Origin: a virus
Direction: 5' to 3' (one strand)
Virus record (IMG/VR): IMGVR_UViG_3300020202_000065
DNA: 64,000 nt
Part shown: positions 14,398 through 24,076 of the stretch, in pieces
How the letters are laid out: each line of letters opens with the position of its first letter
How positions within the stretch are numbered: position 1 is the stretch's first letter
Notes under the pieces: model-generated
Seen by the model: only the letters and a program-made list of their open reading frames with translations
What the model was told of the DNA's origin: nothing
The model's database searches: none
Program-made: the position numbers and the translations under genes

Positions 14398-15528
14398 GTG
14401 CGAGAAATTGGACGCATCGCTCAGGGCTACTTCCCTACACAGCCCCGCATCGCTCAAGCCATCGCCAACCTGTTCATCGCGCCGCCCCATTCCAAGGTCA
14501 CCCTCCTGGATCCCGGCTGCGGCTGCGCTACAGCCATCAACGATATTCGCCACAGCCTGCAGTGCCGCACACCGAGCGCGACGGTCAAATGCTACGGCAT
14601 TGAATCCGACCGCGGCCGCGCCGAGCAGGCTCATCAGGACGTTTCCAGTTTCAAGGGCGGCGGCGAAGTGCTCTGGTCCGCGATCGAAGACTGCGACGTC
14701 GAAGTGCCCGCTTCGCTGCTGTTCTTCAATCCACCCTATGACCGCATCCGCAAGGGCGGCCGCCTCGAAACGCTGCTCTTCAACAAGGTCAAGACCTGGG
14801 CCGCGCGCAACGCTCATCTGGTTCTCATCGTTCCCGATTACATCCTCGCCGATCAGAGCAACGGCCTGGCTGTTTCGGTCGAGCGCGACTTCCGCATGCT
14901 GCATGTGTTCCGCTATCCCGAACCGGAATACAAGATCTTCAAGCAGTGCGTGTTCGTCGGCCAGCGCCGCGAGAAAGCGCTGGCAATAAACCGGGTCGAC
15001 TTCCCGAGCTGGGCCTGGGATGCCAAGAGCTGGCCAATCCTTCCTGATAAGTTCCTGCAGCCAAAGCCGCTGCTCAGCGTCGCCGATGAGGTCTCTTTCT
15101 ACCGCACCAGCATCGGTAAGGAACTCATCCTTGAAACTCTCTCTCGTTCCCCGCTGCGCAACTCGCTACTGCGCGAAGCGCTGGCGCCTGAGCCTCCCAT
15201 CGAACGGCCGCTGCTGCCGCTGCGCGATGGACACCTCGCGCTCGCCCTCGCCGGCGGTCTCTGCGACGGAGCGATCGAGGACAAGGAAACGGGCGACAAG
15301 TTTCTGGTGAAGGGCACGCTCGAACGCAAGACGGTGAAGGTGGGCAGCAGAGAAAAGTTCGGCTTCAAAGGTGAGAAGACGCACGACATCCACATTCACC
15401 GCACCCGCTATTGCATGAACGTCCGCTGTCTCCGCGAAGACGGCACCATCGAGAATTATTCCTCCCAGCCGCCCGAAGAAGAGAAGGTCGAAACAACCCC
15501 AATCGAAAGCGAGGACGCGCATGTATAA
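14398..15528 (+). CDS. SAM-dependent amino (N6-A/N4-C) DNA methyltransferase, DUF6094-like
   Basis: GYFPTQP, LLDPGCGCA (motif I), FFNPPYD (motif IV); GTG start behind GAAAGGA. Confidence 0.85.
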   Translation: MREIGRIAQGYFPTQPRIAQAIANLFIAPPHSKVTLLDPGCGCATAINDIRHSLQCRTPSATVKCYGIESDRGRAEQAHQDVSSFKGGGEVLWSAIEDCDVEVPASLLFFNPPYDRIRKGGRLETLLFNKVKTWAARNAHLVLIVPDYILADQSNGLAVSVERDFRMLHVFRYPEPEYKIFKQCVFVGQRREKALAINRVDFPSWAWDAKSWPILPDKFLQPKPLLSVADEVSFYRTSIGKELILETLSRSPLRNSLLREALAPEPPIERPLLPLRDGHLALALAGGLCDGAIEDKETGDKFLVKGTLERKTVKVGSREKFGFKGEKTHDIHIHRTRYCMNVRCLREDGTIENYSSQPPEEEKVETTPIESEDAHV

Positions 15529-16210
15529 GACGCAAGCTGACCGGCTCGCCGAACTTTACAGCGACATTCACGATGGCAAGCCGCTGCCCGCCGACATCGA
15601 ACAGGAAGCGCTCAACGAAGAAATCTCAGACCTCCAGCAGGACCAGTTGCCCCAGCTCCACGTTGTCGTGTCCGGAAAGAAGGATGTTATCGCCGATCTG
15701 GTCGCGACCATGCCCGCCTGCATCATGGCCGCAAACAAGATCTATTACTTCGAACTGGCCTGCACCTCTTCGGCGACGGCGCATGCCTTTGCAGGCGCGC
15801 TCTCCGAGAACCGAGTCAACGCCAAGTGGCAGGTGAAATGGCCAGGTGTCACGAAGGAATTCATCGACGTCGAGATGGCCGACTCCATGAACATTCAGGA
15901 CTGCCGCCTCGTCGTGAAGGGCTGGCACAAGCAGCTTCACCACGTCGCCGCTCTCTCCAGCAGCGGCGAACTCTTCATCGCTGACAGCGACGAAGTGCTC
16001 TGGCAGAAGCTGCGCAACCGCATGAGTTGCCCCGCGCTGCCGGACTGGGGTAAAGCGCTGATGCCCCGCGTCCACCGCGCCGGACTCTTCATCGAGACCA
16101 AGACCGAGGGCATCAAGGAGAATGTCAAGACCTACATCCTGTCCCCAGACGCCAGCGACCTCTTCGACAACATCATCAGCGAACACGTCCGCAAGATCGG
16201 AGGTCTGTGA
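15521..16210 (+). CDS. Hypothetical protein of the MTase-helicase module
   Basis: SD GAGG; overlaps neighbours. Confidence 0.8.
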   Translation: MYKTQADRLAELYSDIHDGKPLPADIEQEALNEEISDLQQDQLPQLHVVVSGKKDVIADLVATMPACIMAANKIYYFELACTSSATAHAFAGALSENRVNAKWQVKWPGVTKEFIDVEMADSMNIQDCRLVVKGWHKQLHHVAALSSSGELFIADSDEVLWQKLRNRMSCPALPDWGKALMPRVHRAGLFIETKTEGIKENVKTYILSPDASDLFDNIISEHVRKIGGL

Positions 16211-17625
16211 TGATGACCGTCGAACGCAGGATCACGCTCTCAGAACTCGGACTGGATCCAAAGAAGTTCGAAGACCAGTTCATGTACGGCGGCATCCGGC
16301 CAGGCAAAGACGGCCGTGTCTCCCTCAAACATATCTTCGAACACGAAGGAAAGAAGTACGCCTGCCCAAAGAGCGACAGTGTGTGGGGCGCGGCGTGCTA
16401 CACCTTTTCCGAACTGCTCACACCGGAAGAGTTCGCGCAGCGGCATCCCGAACTGGCCACGTACGATACCTACGACGAGGTGCCCAACTTCGCCAGCGGT
16501 CGGCCCGAGGGCACCGCAGAACTTTGCAGCCAGCGCCAGGCCACTCTGGGCCACGACTGCGGCCTGCTGATCAGCCACAAGGGTAAGAAGTACCGGCTCT
16601 GCCCCTATGTCCCCGGAATGCAGATCTGCACCGACGACTACGAGGCCAAAAAGAAGGAGTATGACGCTTGGGTCGCCGACGGACGCCCCTCGTATTGCGT
16701 ATGGGTCGGTGACTACAGCGGAACCTATGGCTGGTCCTGCGCCGGACATCCTCGCACCGAAGAAGAAGCTCTGACTCTTTACAACCATCACAGTCAGATC
16801 GGCTGGACGAAAAGTTATCCCTGGGCACAGAAGGACAAGTCCCTGCCGCCGGTCGTTCTACTGAATCCAGACGGCCACATCGTCAGCGCTCATTTTCCCG
16901 CTGACTGCGACATCCCCAAGTTCGTTCAAGGCATGGAATATTTCATGGGCTTCTCGGCCTGGACGCCGCAGTTGCAGGCGGAGTTTATGTCACAACTCAA
17001 AACGGAAGTGGCTGCCGTCGTTCACACCGAGCTTCAGAAAATGGTGGACGAAGGCACTGTCGAACAGCTTCAGCCGAACCCCGCAGAAACGGGGGGTAGT
17101 GCAGGTGACACCGACCTGATGCGGCAAAACGGAGGTGACTTGAGCGCAGTGAAGCGGGAGCCAGTCTTCGGCGGAATCAATGCCGAAGGCTGGCCCAACC
17201 CGCTGCGCGAAGCCTATGAGGAACGCGGCGAAGAAGTCCTCGATGTAGCCCACGAAGAGACGCTCAACGAGCTCATCGCCTATCGCACAGAACTTGAAGC
17301 CGCCGAGAAGTTATCGGCAGCACCGCTGGATCCAACCAACGGTAAACCGTGGGCCGAATCAAAGGGCGGACTCAAGCGCCTCGAAAGTTACAAAGAGTCC
17401 ATCCTCAAGCTGAAGATCTCCATCTCCGACACGCTCGCTGCCTATCACGACTGGTTCGGCAATCTCGGCGTTCAGATCATGTGCACGCGCGCCGGACTGC
17501 CGGTTCCCGAGTGGGCCGCTGAACGCAAGGTCGAAGAAGTCTGCACCGTCCCCGCCAATCAACTCTCGCTCTTCGATGACATCGAACTCAAACCCGAGCC
17601 CGTTCCACAGATGTGGCTCTTCTAA
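16207..17625 (+). CDS. Hypothetical protein, 472 aa, with C-terminal QLSLF and QMWLF motifs
   Basis: Long coupled ORF. Confidence 0.8.
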   Translation: MMMTVERRITLSELGLDPKKFEDQFMYGGIRPGKDGRVSLKHIFEHEGKKYACPKSDSVWGAACYTFSELLTPEEFAQRHPELATYDTYDEVPNFASGRPEGTAELCSQRQATLGHDCGLLISHKGKKYRLCPYVPGMQICTDDYEAKKKEYDAWVADGRPSYCVWVGDYSGTYGWSCAGHPRTEEEALTLYNHHSQIGWTKSYPWAQKDKSLPPVVLLNPDGHIVSAHFPADCDIPKFVQGMEYFMGFSAWTPQLQAEFMSQLKTEVAAVVHTELQKMVDEGTVEQLQPNPAETGGSAGDTDLMRQNGGDLSAVKREPVFGGINAEGWPNPLREAYEERGEEVLDVAHEETLNELIAYRTELEAAEKLSAAPLDPTNGKPWAESKGGLKRLESYKESILKLKISISDTLAAYHDWFGNLGVQIMCTRAGLPVPEWAAERKVEEVCTVPANQLSLFDDIELKPEPVPQMWLF

Positions 17626-17632
17626 GAAAGGA

Positions 17633-17980
17633 ATGCCTGTGAAATTCACAACAAAGTTCAGCCCCAGAGACACGGTTTGGTGTGTCGAAGAAACCGAAGA
17701 GGCTGGTGCGCAGTGTCCACATTGCAAACTCTACCGCCGCGGCAAACCGCTCGGCAAGATACGTCGCTGCATCGTCGAAGACCTGTCTTTCCACACCAGT
17801 GATCGGTTCCACAACAAGCCCGAGACGTACTACACCTGCCGCCCCACGCGTCGCGGTGCGAAGGCGCACACCTATACCGAAGACCACGTTCACTCCACGC
17901 TCAAGGAAGCACAGGCCTTTGCCAAACGATGGCAACGCAAAGCCCGCCGTAAGCAGATCGAAGAATCCAAAAAGTATTAA
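17633..17980 (+). CDS. Hypothetical protein (CPHC Zn ribbon)
   Basis: SD AAAGGA. Confidence 0.7.
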   Translation: MPVKFTTKFSPRDTVWCVEETEEAGAQCPHCKLYRRGKPLGKIRRCIVEDLSFHTSDRFHNKPETYYTCRPTRRGAKAHTYTEDHVHSTLKEAQAFAKRWQRKARRKQIEESKKY

Positions 17981-18010
17981 CCCTGTTCTCTGCGCCTCTG
18001 CGTCTCTGCG

Positions 18011-20359
18011 GTGAAAAAAAATATCAACGAAAGGAGTGACACCTTGAAGCTCGCGAAAGACTTGAACGAACTGATCCGCAAATACGGCCCTGCGATGGCC
18101 GTCTCCGCTGAAGCAGCGCTCAAGCCCCTGCACGATCCGGCCGTCCACGCCGAACTCGACTTCTCGGTTGTGGAAGCCAACCGCAGCCGCATGTTCGGCA
18201 AGCCCTTCCGTTACTTCCCCAGCCAGCGCAGCAAGATGACAGCGCTGGTGAAGGGCTACAGCACGCACCGCCGGCTCTGGCTCATCGCCGAGCCTGGCTG
18301 CGGTAAGTCGCCGATGTCCCTTGGCGTAGCCTTCCATCTCTTCAAGCACAAGCCTGACTACCGCGCGCTCGTGCTCTGCCCCGGCCACATCGTCCGCAAG
18401 TGGCGCCGCGAAGTGGAGTGGGCTGTGCCGAACGTCCTGGTCCGTGTCATCCGCAACTTCGCCGAACTGCTGAAGTGGAAGGACGCAGCCGCCAGGCACG
18501 ACGGCCCAGCCTACGCCGTGATCAGCAAAGAAACCGCGAAGCTCGGCTTCGATGTCGATCGCCCCTGCGCCGCGCGCCGCAAGGTGTTCGAAACAATCAA
18601 GCAGCCCGATGGCGAAGAGGTCACCCAGACTCTTGACGCGGCCGCCTGCCCATCCTGCGGAACGCCGCTACGTCTCGATGAGGACGATCCGGTCATCGGC
18701 TACTACGAATACCTGCGCGAGAACACACCGGCCCGCTGCCTCAACTGCGGCGACAAACTCGCCACGAATGCGCGTGGCTACCTGAAGACCCCGCACATCG
18801 ATCGCTACATCCAGCGCAAGATGAAAGGCTTCTTCGATTTCCTCATCGCCGATGAAGTCCATGAACTCGCCGGCGCCGACACCATTCAGGGCAACACGTT
18901 CGGAACACTCGCCGCCGCCTGCACCTACACACTGGCCCTCACCGGCACACTCATCGGCGGCAAGGCCGAAGACCTGCACGCGCCGCTCTGGCGCATGTCG
19001 CCGGCGCTGCTGCGCCAGCGCGGCTTCGACCTCAAGCCGCTCACTGGCGGCAAGATCGGTCCCATTGGCCGCAACGCACGCAACTTCATCGAACGCTACG
19101 GTGTCCTGGAACATCTCGAAATTCGCAGCGTCAACGATGATATCGACAGCCGCGTCGAGCGCGGGGCCTGCGGCCGTAAGAAAAGCTATAAGACGACCGA
19201 ACATCCGCGCCCCGGTATCAGCCCCGATCTGTACAACCACTTCCTCATCGGACGCGCGGTGTTCATGTCCCTCAGTGAACTCGGACCTGCGCTGCCCACG
19301 CTCGAGCGTGTTCTGGTGGGCTGCAAGATGAGCGAAGAACTGCGGCAGGAATATGACCGTATCGACGCCTACATCACCGCAGAGATCAAAGAGAAGTCGA
19401 AGGGCGGTGGAAAGGGGCCTCCAGTCCTCTCCACCATCCGCATTCAGGTGCTCGACGCCTACTCAGACAAGCCGTGGGGCTGGGATCCGGTCATGTGTCC
19501 GGACTATGACCAGTCCGGCACGCGCTGCGGTCAGCACGTAGTCGTCACGCCGCGCGATCTGGGTCTCAACCGCCGCGACGACAAGGATGAGAAGCTTCTC
19601 AAGATCTGCCAGGACGAACTCGCCGACGGTCGCCGCTGCTGCATCTATCCGGTCTTCACCGGCAAGCACGATGTCCGCCCGAAGATCCAGGAGATGCTGG
19701 TCGAGAACGGCATTCGCGCCGTGATCCTGCCCGACACCATCCAGCCGGCCGCGCGCGAAGACTGGATCCTGAAGCACTGCGCTGAAATCGACGTGCTGAT
19801 CGTTCATCCCAAGCGCGTCATGACAGGGCTCGATCTGATCCAGTTCCCATCGCTGATCTGGTATCAGGTTGGTTACAGCACCCACGTGTTGCGGCAGGCC
19901 TCGGCGCGCGCGCGGCGCCCAATCCAGACCCTGCCGTGCAAAGTGTTCTATCTCTACAACGAGAACTCCATCCAGTCCGGAGCGCTCGCGCTGATGGGCG
20001 AGAAGGAATCGGCCAGCCAGGCGCTGGAAGGAACCTTCGACGTCGATGCCCTGAAGAACATGATGAACGGCGGCGAGAACGACGACATCATGGCTGCCCT
20101 CGCGCACAGCATCGGCCGCTCCGATGTGAAGAGTGCCTGGGCCAAGGTTGACCAGAAGCACCCCGAGCAGGCGCCGGAACCCGAGGCGCAGACAAAGCAC
20201 ACGGCGGAGCCATCCCGCCGGCGCACGGCACCGAAACCTATCGAAAGCCCATGCTTATCCAAGGCAGCCTGTTTGATTCAGGACAGCCTGTTCGGCGCCG
20301 AGGACTTCCACGAAAACGAAAACGCCCCAAGCCTCTTTGACCTCGTGGAGGTCGCATGA
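18011..20359 (+). CDS. SNF2/SF2 helicase-like ATPase with a Zn-finger insert
   Basis: AEPGCGKS, LIADEVHE, LTGT, LTGLDL-like MTGLDL, QASARARR. Confidence 0.9.
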   Translation: MKKNINERSDTLKLAKDLNELIRKYGPAMAVSAEAALKPLHDPAVHAELDFSVVEANRSRMFGKPFRYFPSQRSKMTALVKGYSTHRRLWLIAEPGCGKSPMSLGVAFHLFKHKPDYRALVLCPGHIVRKWRREVEWAVPNVLVRVIRNFAELLKWKDAAARHDGPAYAVISKETAKLGFDVDRPCAARRKVFETIKQPDGEEVTQTLDAAACPSCGTPLRLDEDDPVIGYYEYLRENTPARCLNCGDKLATNARGYLKTPHIDRYIQRKMKGFFDFLIADEVHELAGADTIQGNTFGTLAAACTYTLALTGTLIGGKAEDLHAPLWRMSPALLRQRGFDLKPLTGGKIGPIGRNARNFIERYGVLEHLEIRSVNDDIDSRVERGACGRKKSYKTTEHPRPGISPDLYNHFLIGRAVFMSLSELGPALPTLERVLVGCKMSEELRQEYDRIDAYITAEIKEKSKGGGKGPPVLSTIRIQVLDAYSDKPWGWDPVMCPDYDQSGTRCGQHVVVTPRDLGLNRRDDKDEKLLKICQDELADGRRCCIYPVFTGKHDVRPKIQEMLVENGIRAVILPDTIQPAAREDWILKHCAEIDVLIVHPKRVMTGLDLIQFPSLIWYQVGYSTHVLRQASARARRPIQTLPCKVFYLYNENSIQSGALALMGEKESASQALEGTFDVDALKNMMNGGENDDIMAALAHSIGRSDVKSAWAKVDQKHPEQAPEPEAQTKHTAEPSRRRTAPKPIESPCLSKAACLIQDSLFGAEDFHENENAPSLFDLVEVA

Positions 20360-21120
20360 CGCAGCCTGGGCTATGGAATCACCGGAAGATCGTATGGTTC
20401 TCTTGCGGCGCCGCGTCGGCCTGCGCCGCAAAGATTGCCGTTACCGATGATCCTGAAGTTCAGGTGATGTATTGCGATACGTCTGTCAACGAAAGCGAGG
20501 ACAACAACAGATTCCTTGCCGATGTTGAGCGCTGGATTGGATGCAATATTCAGCGTCTCCGCTCAAACGAATTCCCGTCAATGAACATTTATGACGTGTT
20601 TCGAAAACGTAAGTACATAGTTGGCCGGCTTGGTGCTCCGTGCACACAGGCGCTCAAGAAAGAAGTGCGCTGGGACATCGAAGAGGTAGGCGACACACAC
20701 ATCTTTGGTTATACAGCCGACGAAGAAAAGCGAATTAAGCGCTTTGTTGCCAATAATCCAGAGCTACTGCTTGAATTTCCACTGCGCGATCGCGGGATAA
20801 CGAAGGCTGCTTGCTATGAAATCGTAAAGGCTGCGGGTATCGAACTGCCGCTGCTCTACAGGCAAGGATACAACAACAATAACTGCATCGGCTGCGTAAA
20901 GGGTGGCATCGGATACTGGAACAAAATCCGCGTCGATTATCCAGATGCCTTCCAAAAGATGGCTGCGCTCGAGCGCGAACTCGGTGCCAAAATCTGCAAA
21001 CTGACCATCGACGGTAAACGTGAACTCATTTACCTCGATGAACTCCCTCCAAACGTTGGCGATCACAAATCCGAACCAGAAATGGAATGCGGCCCCATGT
21101 GCCAGGTGGAACCCGAATGA
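20356..21120 (+). CDS. PAPS-reductase-family (PP-loop) protein
   Basis: VWFSCGAAS PP-loop; GAPCTQALKK; NNNCIGCVKG. Confidence 0.8.
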   Translation: MTQPGLWNHRKIVWFSCGAASACAAKIAVTDDPEVQVMYCDTSVNESEDNNRFLADVERWIGCNIQRLRSNEFPSMNIYDVFRKRKYIVGRLGAPCTQALKKEVRWDIEEVGDTHIFGYTADEEKRIKRFVANNPELLLEFPLRDRGITKAACYEIVKAAGIELPLLYRQGYNNNNCIGCVKGGIGYWNKIRVDYPDAFQKMAALERELGAKICKLTIDGKRELIYLDELPPNVGDHKSEPEMECGPMCQVEPE

Positions 21121-21335
21121 AAGCTATTTACCTGATGGACAAGAACAGCGCCGGTCTCGATGAACTCGAGCACGACTGCAAGGTCCATATCGACCTGGGC
21201 CCGAGCAAGCACATCACCATCGACGTCGGTGCGCAGGACCTGAAGAGTGACACCGTCGTCATCGAAGTCGTCGGCGGCAAGCCCTTCGCCAAACTCGCCG
21301 GCAACAAACTCATGCTTGGAATAAAGGAGAACTGA
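21117..21335 (+). CDS. Hypothetical protein
   Basis: ATGA coupling. Confidence 0.7.
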   Translation: MKAIYLMDKNSAGLDELEHDCKVHIDLGPSKHITIDVGAQDLKSDTVVIEVVGGKPFAKLAGNKLMLGIKEN

Positions 21336-21338
21336 AAC

Positions 21339-21506
21339 GTGCGCTTTCTGTTTTTAGTGCTGTTCGTTGTGATGTTCGCCGGCTGGCTTGTCATTCTCGC
21401 CGAAGCTCACTCGAACCCGCTCAGAGTCATTGCCGTGGTCTTCTGCGCTTTGAACCTGGGCGCGATCATCACCATCGTTCGCGATGAACGGAACAGGTGT
21501 CTCTAA
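21339..21506 (+). CDS. 55-aa two-TM membrane protein (MRFLFLVLFVVMFAGWL...)
   Basis: Manual translation; SD AAGGAG; TAATG coupling. Confidence 0.65.
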   Translation: MRFLFLVLFVVMFAGWLVILAEAHSNPLRVIAVVFCALNLGAIITIVRDERNRCL

Positions 21507-22156
21507 TGAACCGCCTGCTTCTTCCCCTCCTGCTCTGCGCTGTCTGCGCAGCGGCTGAACCGGCGGCCGCCGTGGCCAGGCTGCGCTACGAACGCATCGC
21601 CGGTGAAGCTGTCGTGACCGGCCACGGCACCGCCTTCGCCGTCGACCTGGCCGCGTATGGAAGGGAAGGGAAGCGCTACCTTCTCACTGCTGCCCACAAC
21701 GTACTCGATGACGCCACTCGCAAACCGTACGACACCCTCATCCTCGAAACCGCGAAGCTGAAGTGGTGCGGCGTCAAGGTGTTGGCATTCAACGTTTCGC
21801 TGGACCTGTGCCTCTTGGAGTGCACTGAGGAACTCCCCGCCGTCTTGTCTCTGGCCGACAAAGAAGCTGCGCACAACACTGCGATCGAACTCACCGGATC
21901 CAAGCGCGGAAAACCGCTCACCGTCCACACCGGCACAGTTGTCGAACGCTTTGAACGCGGCACCGTCCGCACACGAGCTGCCGTGGCCTTCGACCACGGG
22001 GATAGCGGCGGGCCCGTCACAGCCGCCGGCGCCGTGGTTGGTGTCGCCGTGGCGGGTATCCCAAAAGACGGCGATCTGGACACCAACGTCTGCCTCTTCG
22101 TCCCATTGATTGCCATCCGCAGCTTTCTCGACCAGCACCTGAGGGCCGGGAAATGA
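21506..22156 (+). CDS. Secreted trypsin-like serine protease
   Basis: Signal peptide; triad motifs LTAAHNV, DLCLL, GDSGGP. Confidence 0.9.
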   Translation: MNRLLLPLLLCAVCAAAEPAAAVARLRYERIAGEAVVTGHGTAFAVDLAAYGREGKRYLLTAAHNVLDDATRKPYDTLILETAKLKWCGVKVLAFNVSLDLCLLECTEELPAVLSLADKEAAHNTAIELTGSKRGKPLTVHTGTVVERFERGTVRTRAAVAFDHGDSGGPVTAAGAVVGVAVAGIPKDGDLDTNVCLFVPLIAIRSFLDQHLRAGK

Positions 22157-23148
22157 GGCGAGCTCTCCTGCTTCAACTGGACGGCAAGGTCCCCAACATT
22201 GCGCTGATGCGCATCGCTGCAAACGAGCGCGCGCAGGGTGCCGAAGTTTCATTGCGCTTTGCAGGAACGATCGAAGCCATTCAACCCCAGCTCTTCGAAC
22301 ACGAGCCCGACATTGTCTACGCTTCGCTGATCTTCGAACGGTCACGTCCGCTGGCTCACAAGGTAAAGGAGTTTTACCCGCGGGCCTACATCGGCGGGAC
22401 AGGCTGGGATTTAAAGGTGACGCTCGAGCAATATGGGATCCATTCGCTGCAACAGGACTATTCCATTTATCCCTGGTATCGCCAGTCCATCGGCTTCACG
22501 CAGCGCGGTTGCCGACTCAAGTGCAAGTTCTGCGTTGTCCCTGAAAAGGAAGGCTCTGTCCGGGAAGAGAACAGCATCAATGAGATCTGGCGCGGTGAGC
22601 CTTGGCCGCGCGAGGTGGTCTTGCTCGACAATGATTTCTTCGGCCAGCCCAACTGGCGCCGGCGCATAGACGAATTGCAGGCCGGAAAGTTCAAGGTCAG
22701 CTTCAACCAAGGCATCAATGCCAGATTCCTGACAGATGAAGCCGCTGAGTCGATCGCTCATGTGGATTACCGCGACGACAGCATGAAGACCAAGCGCATT
22801 TACACCGCTTGGGATAACCGCAAAGACGAAGAGCGATTGTTCGAAGGACTCGACCGTCTCTGTAAGTACGGCGTGAAGCCGGATCACATCATGGTCTACA
22901 TGCTCATCGGCTACTGGCCTGGTGAGACTCACGAGGACCGCGACTTCCGGCGCCAGCGCCTGCGGGAATACGGCGCGCGGCCCTACCCGATGCCGTACGT
23001 GCGAACGCCTGAACTCGTCGGCTTTCAGCGCTGGGTCATCGGCGCATACGACAAGCGCATCCCCTGGTCTGATTGGCAAGCCGCGCGTTACCAGCCGTGC
23101 AACCTGCGCGCACCGCAAAGCAATCTGTTCTCGGAGACACTTCAATGA
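22153..23148 (+). CDS. Radical SAM protein
   Basis: TQRGCRLKCKFC (CxxxCxxC). Confidence 0.85.
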   Translation: MRRALLLQLDGKVPNIALMRIAANERAQGAEVSLRFAGTIEAIQPQLFEHEPDIVYASLIFERSRPLAHKVKEFYPRAYIGGTGWDLKVTLEQYGIHSLQQDYSIYPWYRQSIGFTQRGCRLKCKFCVVPEKEGSVREENSINEIWRGEPWPREVVLLDNDFFGQPNWRRRIDELQAGKFKVSFNQGINARFLTDEAAESIAHVDYRDDSMKTKRIYTAWDNRKDEERLFEGLDRLCKYGVKPDHIMVYMLIGYWPGETHEDRDFRRQRLREYGARPYPMPYVRTPELVGFQRWVIGAYDKRIPWSDWQAARYQPCNLRAPQSNLFSETLQ

Positions 23149-23672
23149 TCCGGCTCGCAGGCCCCATCGGTGAGGCGTGTTACAGCGAGTGCATGAACTA
23201 CCGCTACGTGCTGACGCGTCCGCTTCAGGATCTCCTGAGTATCACCAACCGTCCCACGCGCGCGGTCAACTTCATCATGCTCAACCCGAGCACCGCGACT
23301 GAACAGCAGAACGATCCAACGATCCGGCGCTGCATGGGCTACGCCAGTGACTGGGACTACGACGAACTGCTGATCACCAATATCTTCGCCTACCGCTCGA
23401 CGGATCCATTCCAGCTCCGATTGCAGTCAGACCCGATCGGCCGGGAGAACAATCACTATCTCCGGGAGATCGCTAAGCTCTCGGACCGGATCATCTGCGC
23501 GTGGGGTACGCACGGCGAATTGAACAACCGCGGTGCTGAAGTCCTCCGCCTGCTCTCTGACTTCGACCTGTATTGCCTGAAGCAGACCAGCGGCGATCAC
23601 CCCTCACACCCGCTCTATCTCAAGCGCTCGCTTCAGCCCGTCCTCTGGAAATCGAAGGGCGGTGCTAAGTGA
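23145..23672 (+). CDS. DUF1643 family protein
   Basis: YRYVL...FIMLNPSTA...NDPTIRRC...NIFAYRSTDP...CAWG...HPSHPLY. Confidence 0.85.
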   Translation: MIRLAGPIGEACYSECMNYRYVLTRPLQDLLSITNRPTRAVNFIMLNPSTATEQQNDPTIRRCMGYASDWDYDELLITNIFAYRSTDPFQLRLQSDPIGRENNHYLREIAKLSDRIICAWGTHGELNNRGAEVLRLLSDFDLYCLKQTSGDHPSHPLYLKRSLQPVLWKSKGGAK

Positions 23673-24076
23673 ATCACCCCGAACCGCCGCCCGATCTGCC
23701 ACACTTCTTTCAGTACCGGCCAGGTGAAGGCTGGTTCTTTATCTACCGCACACCAGGACATGGCACCGGGATCTGGGCCGAGCCCGGATGTGTCCATCAT
23801 GTATTGCTCGCAGACCTATCCGGTGACCGCCTCGAGATGGCGCGCGGCATCGCCGTCACACACTGGCTGCGCAAACAGAAGGTGTTCCACAAAGTCTATA
23901 GGCGAGCCCGCTACGCAACACTGCCGCGGCAGCAACACCTCAAAGACCCTGATGTCTTGAGACTCAAACACGATGCCAAGTGGGCCGAGCGCAACGTTGC
24001 AGCCTGGCTGCTCTGGCGAACGGAACAGGAAAGGGAAGAACAGCATGTCAAAAATAATCGCCTTCGACGGCGTTGA
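23669..24076 (+). CDS. Hypothetical protein
   Basis: GTGA overlap; continuous operon. Confidence 0.6.
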   Translation: MNHPEPPPDLPHFFQYRPGEGWFFIYRTPGHGTGIWAEPGCVHHVLLADLSGDRLEMARGIAVTHWLRKQKVFHKVYRRARYATLPRQQHLKDPDVLRLKHDAKWAERNVAAWLLWRTEQEREEQHVKNNRLRRR

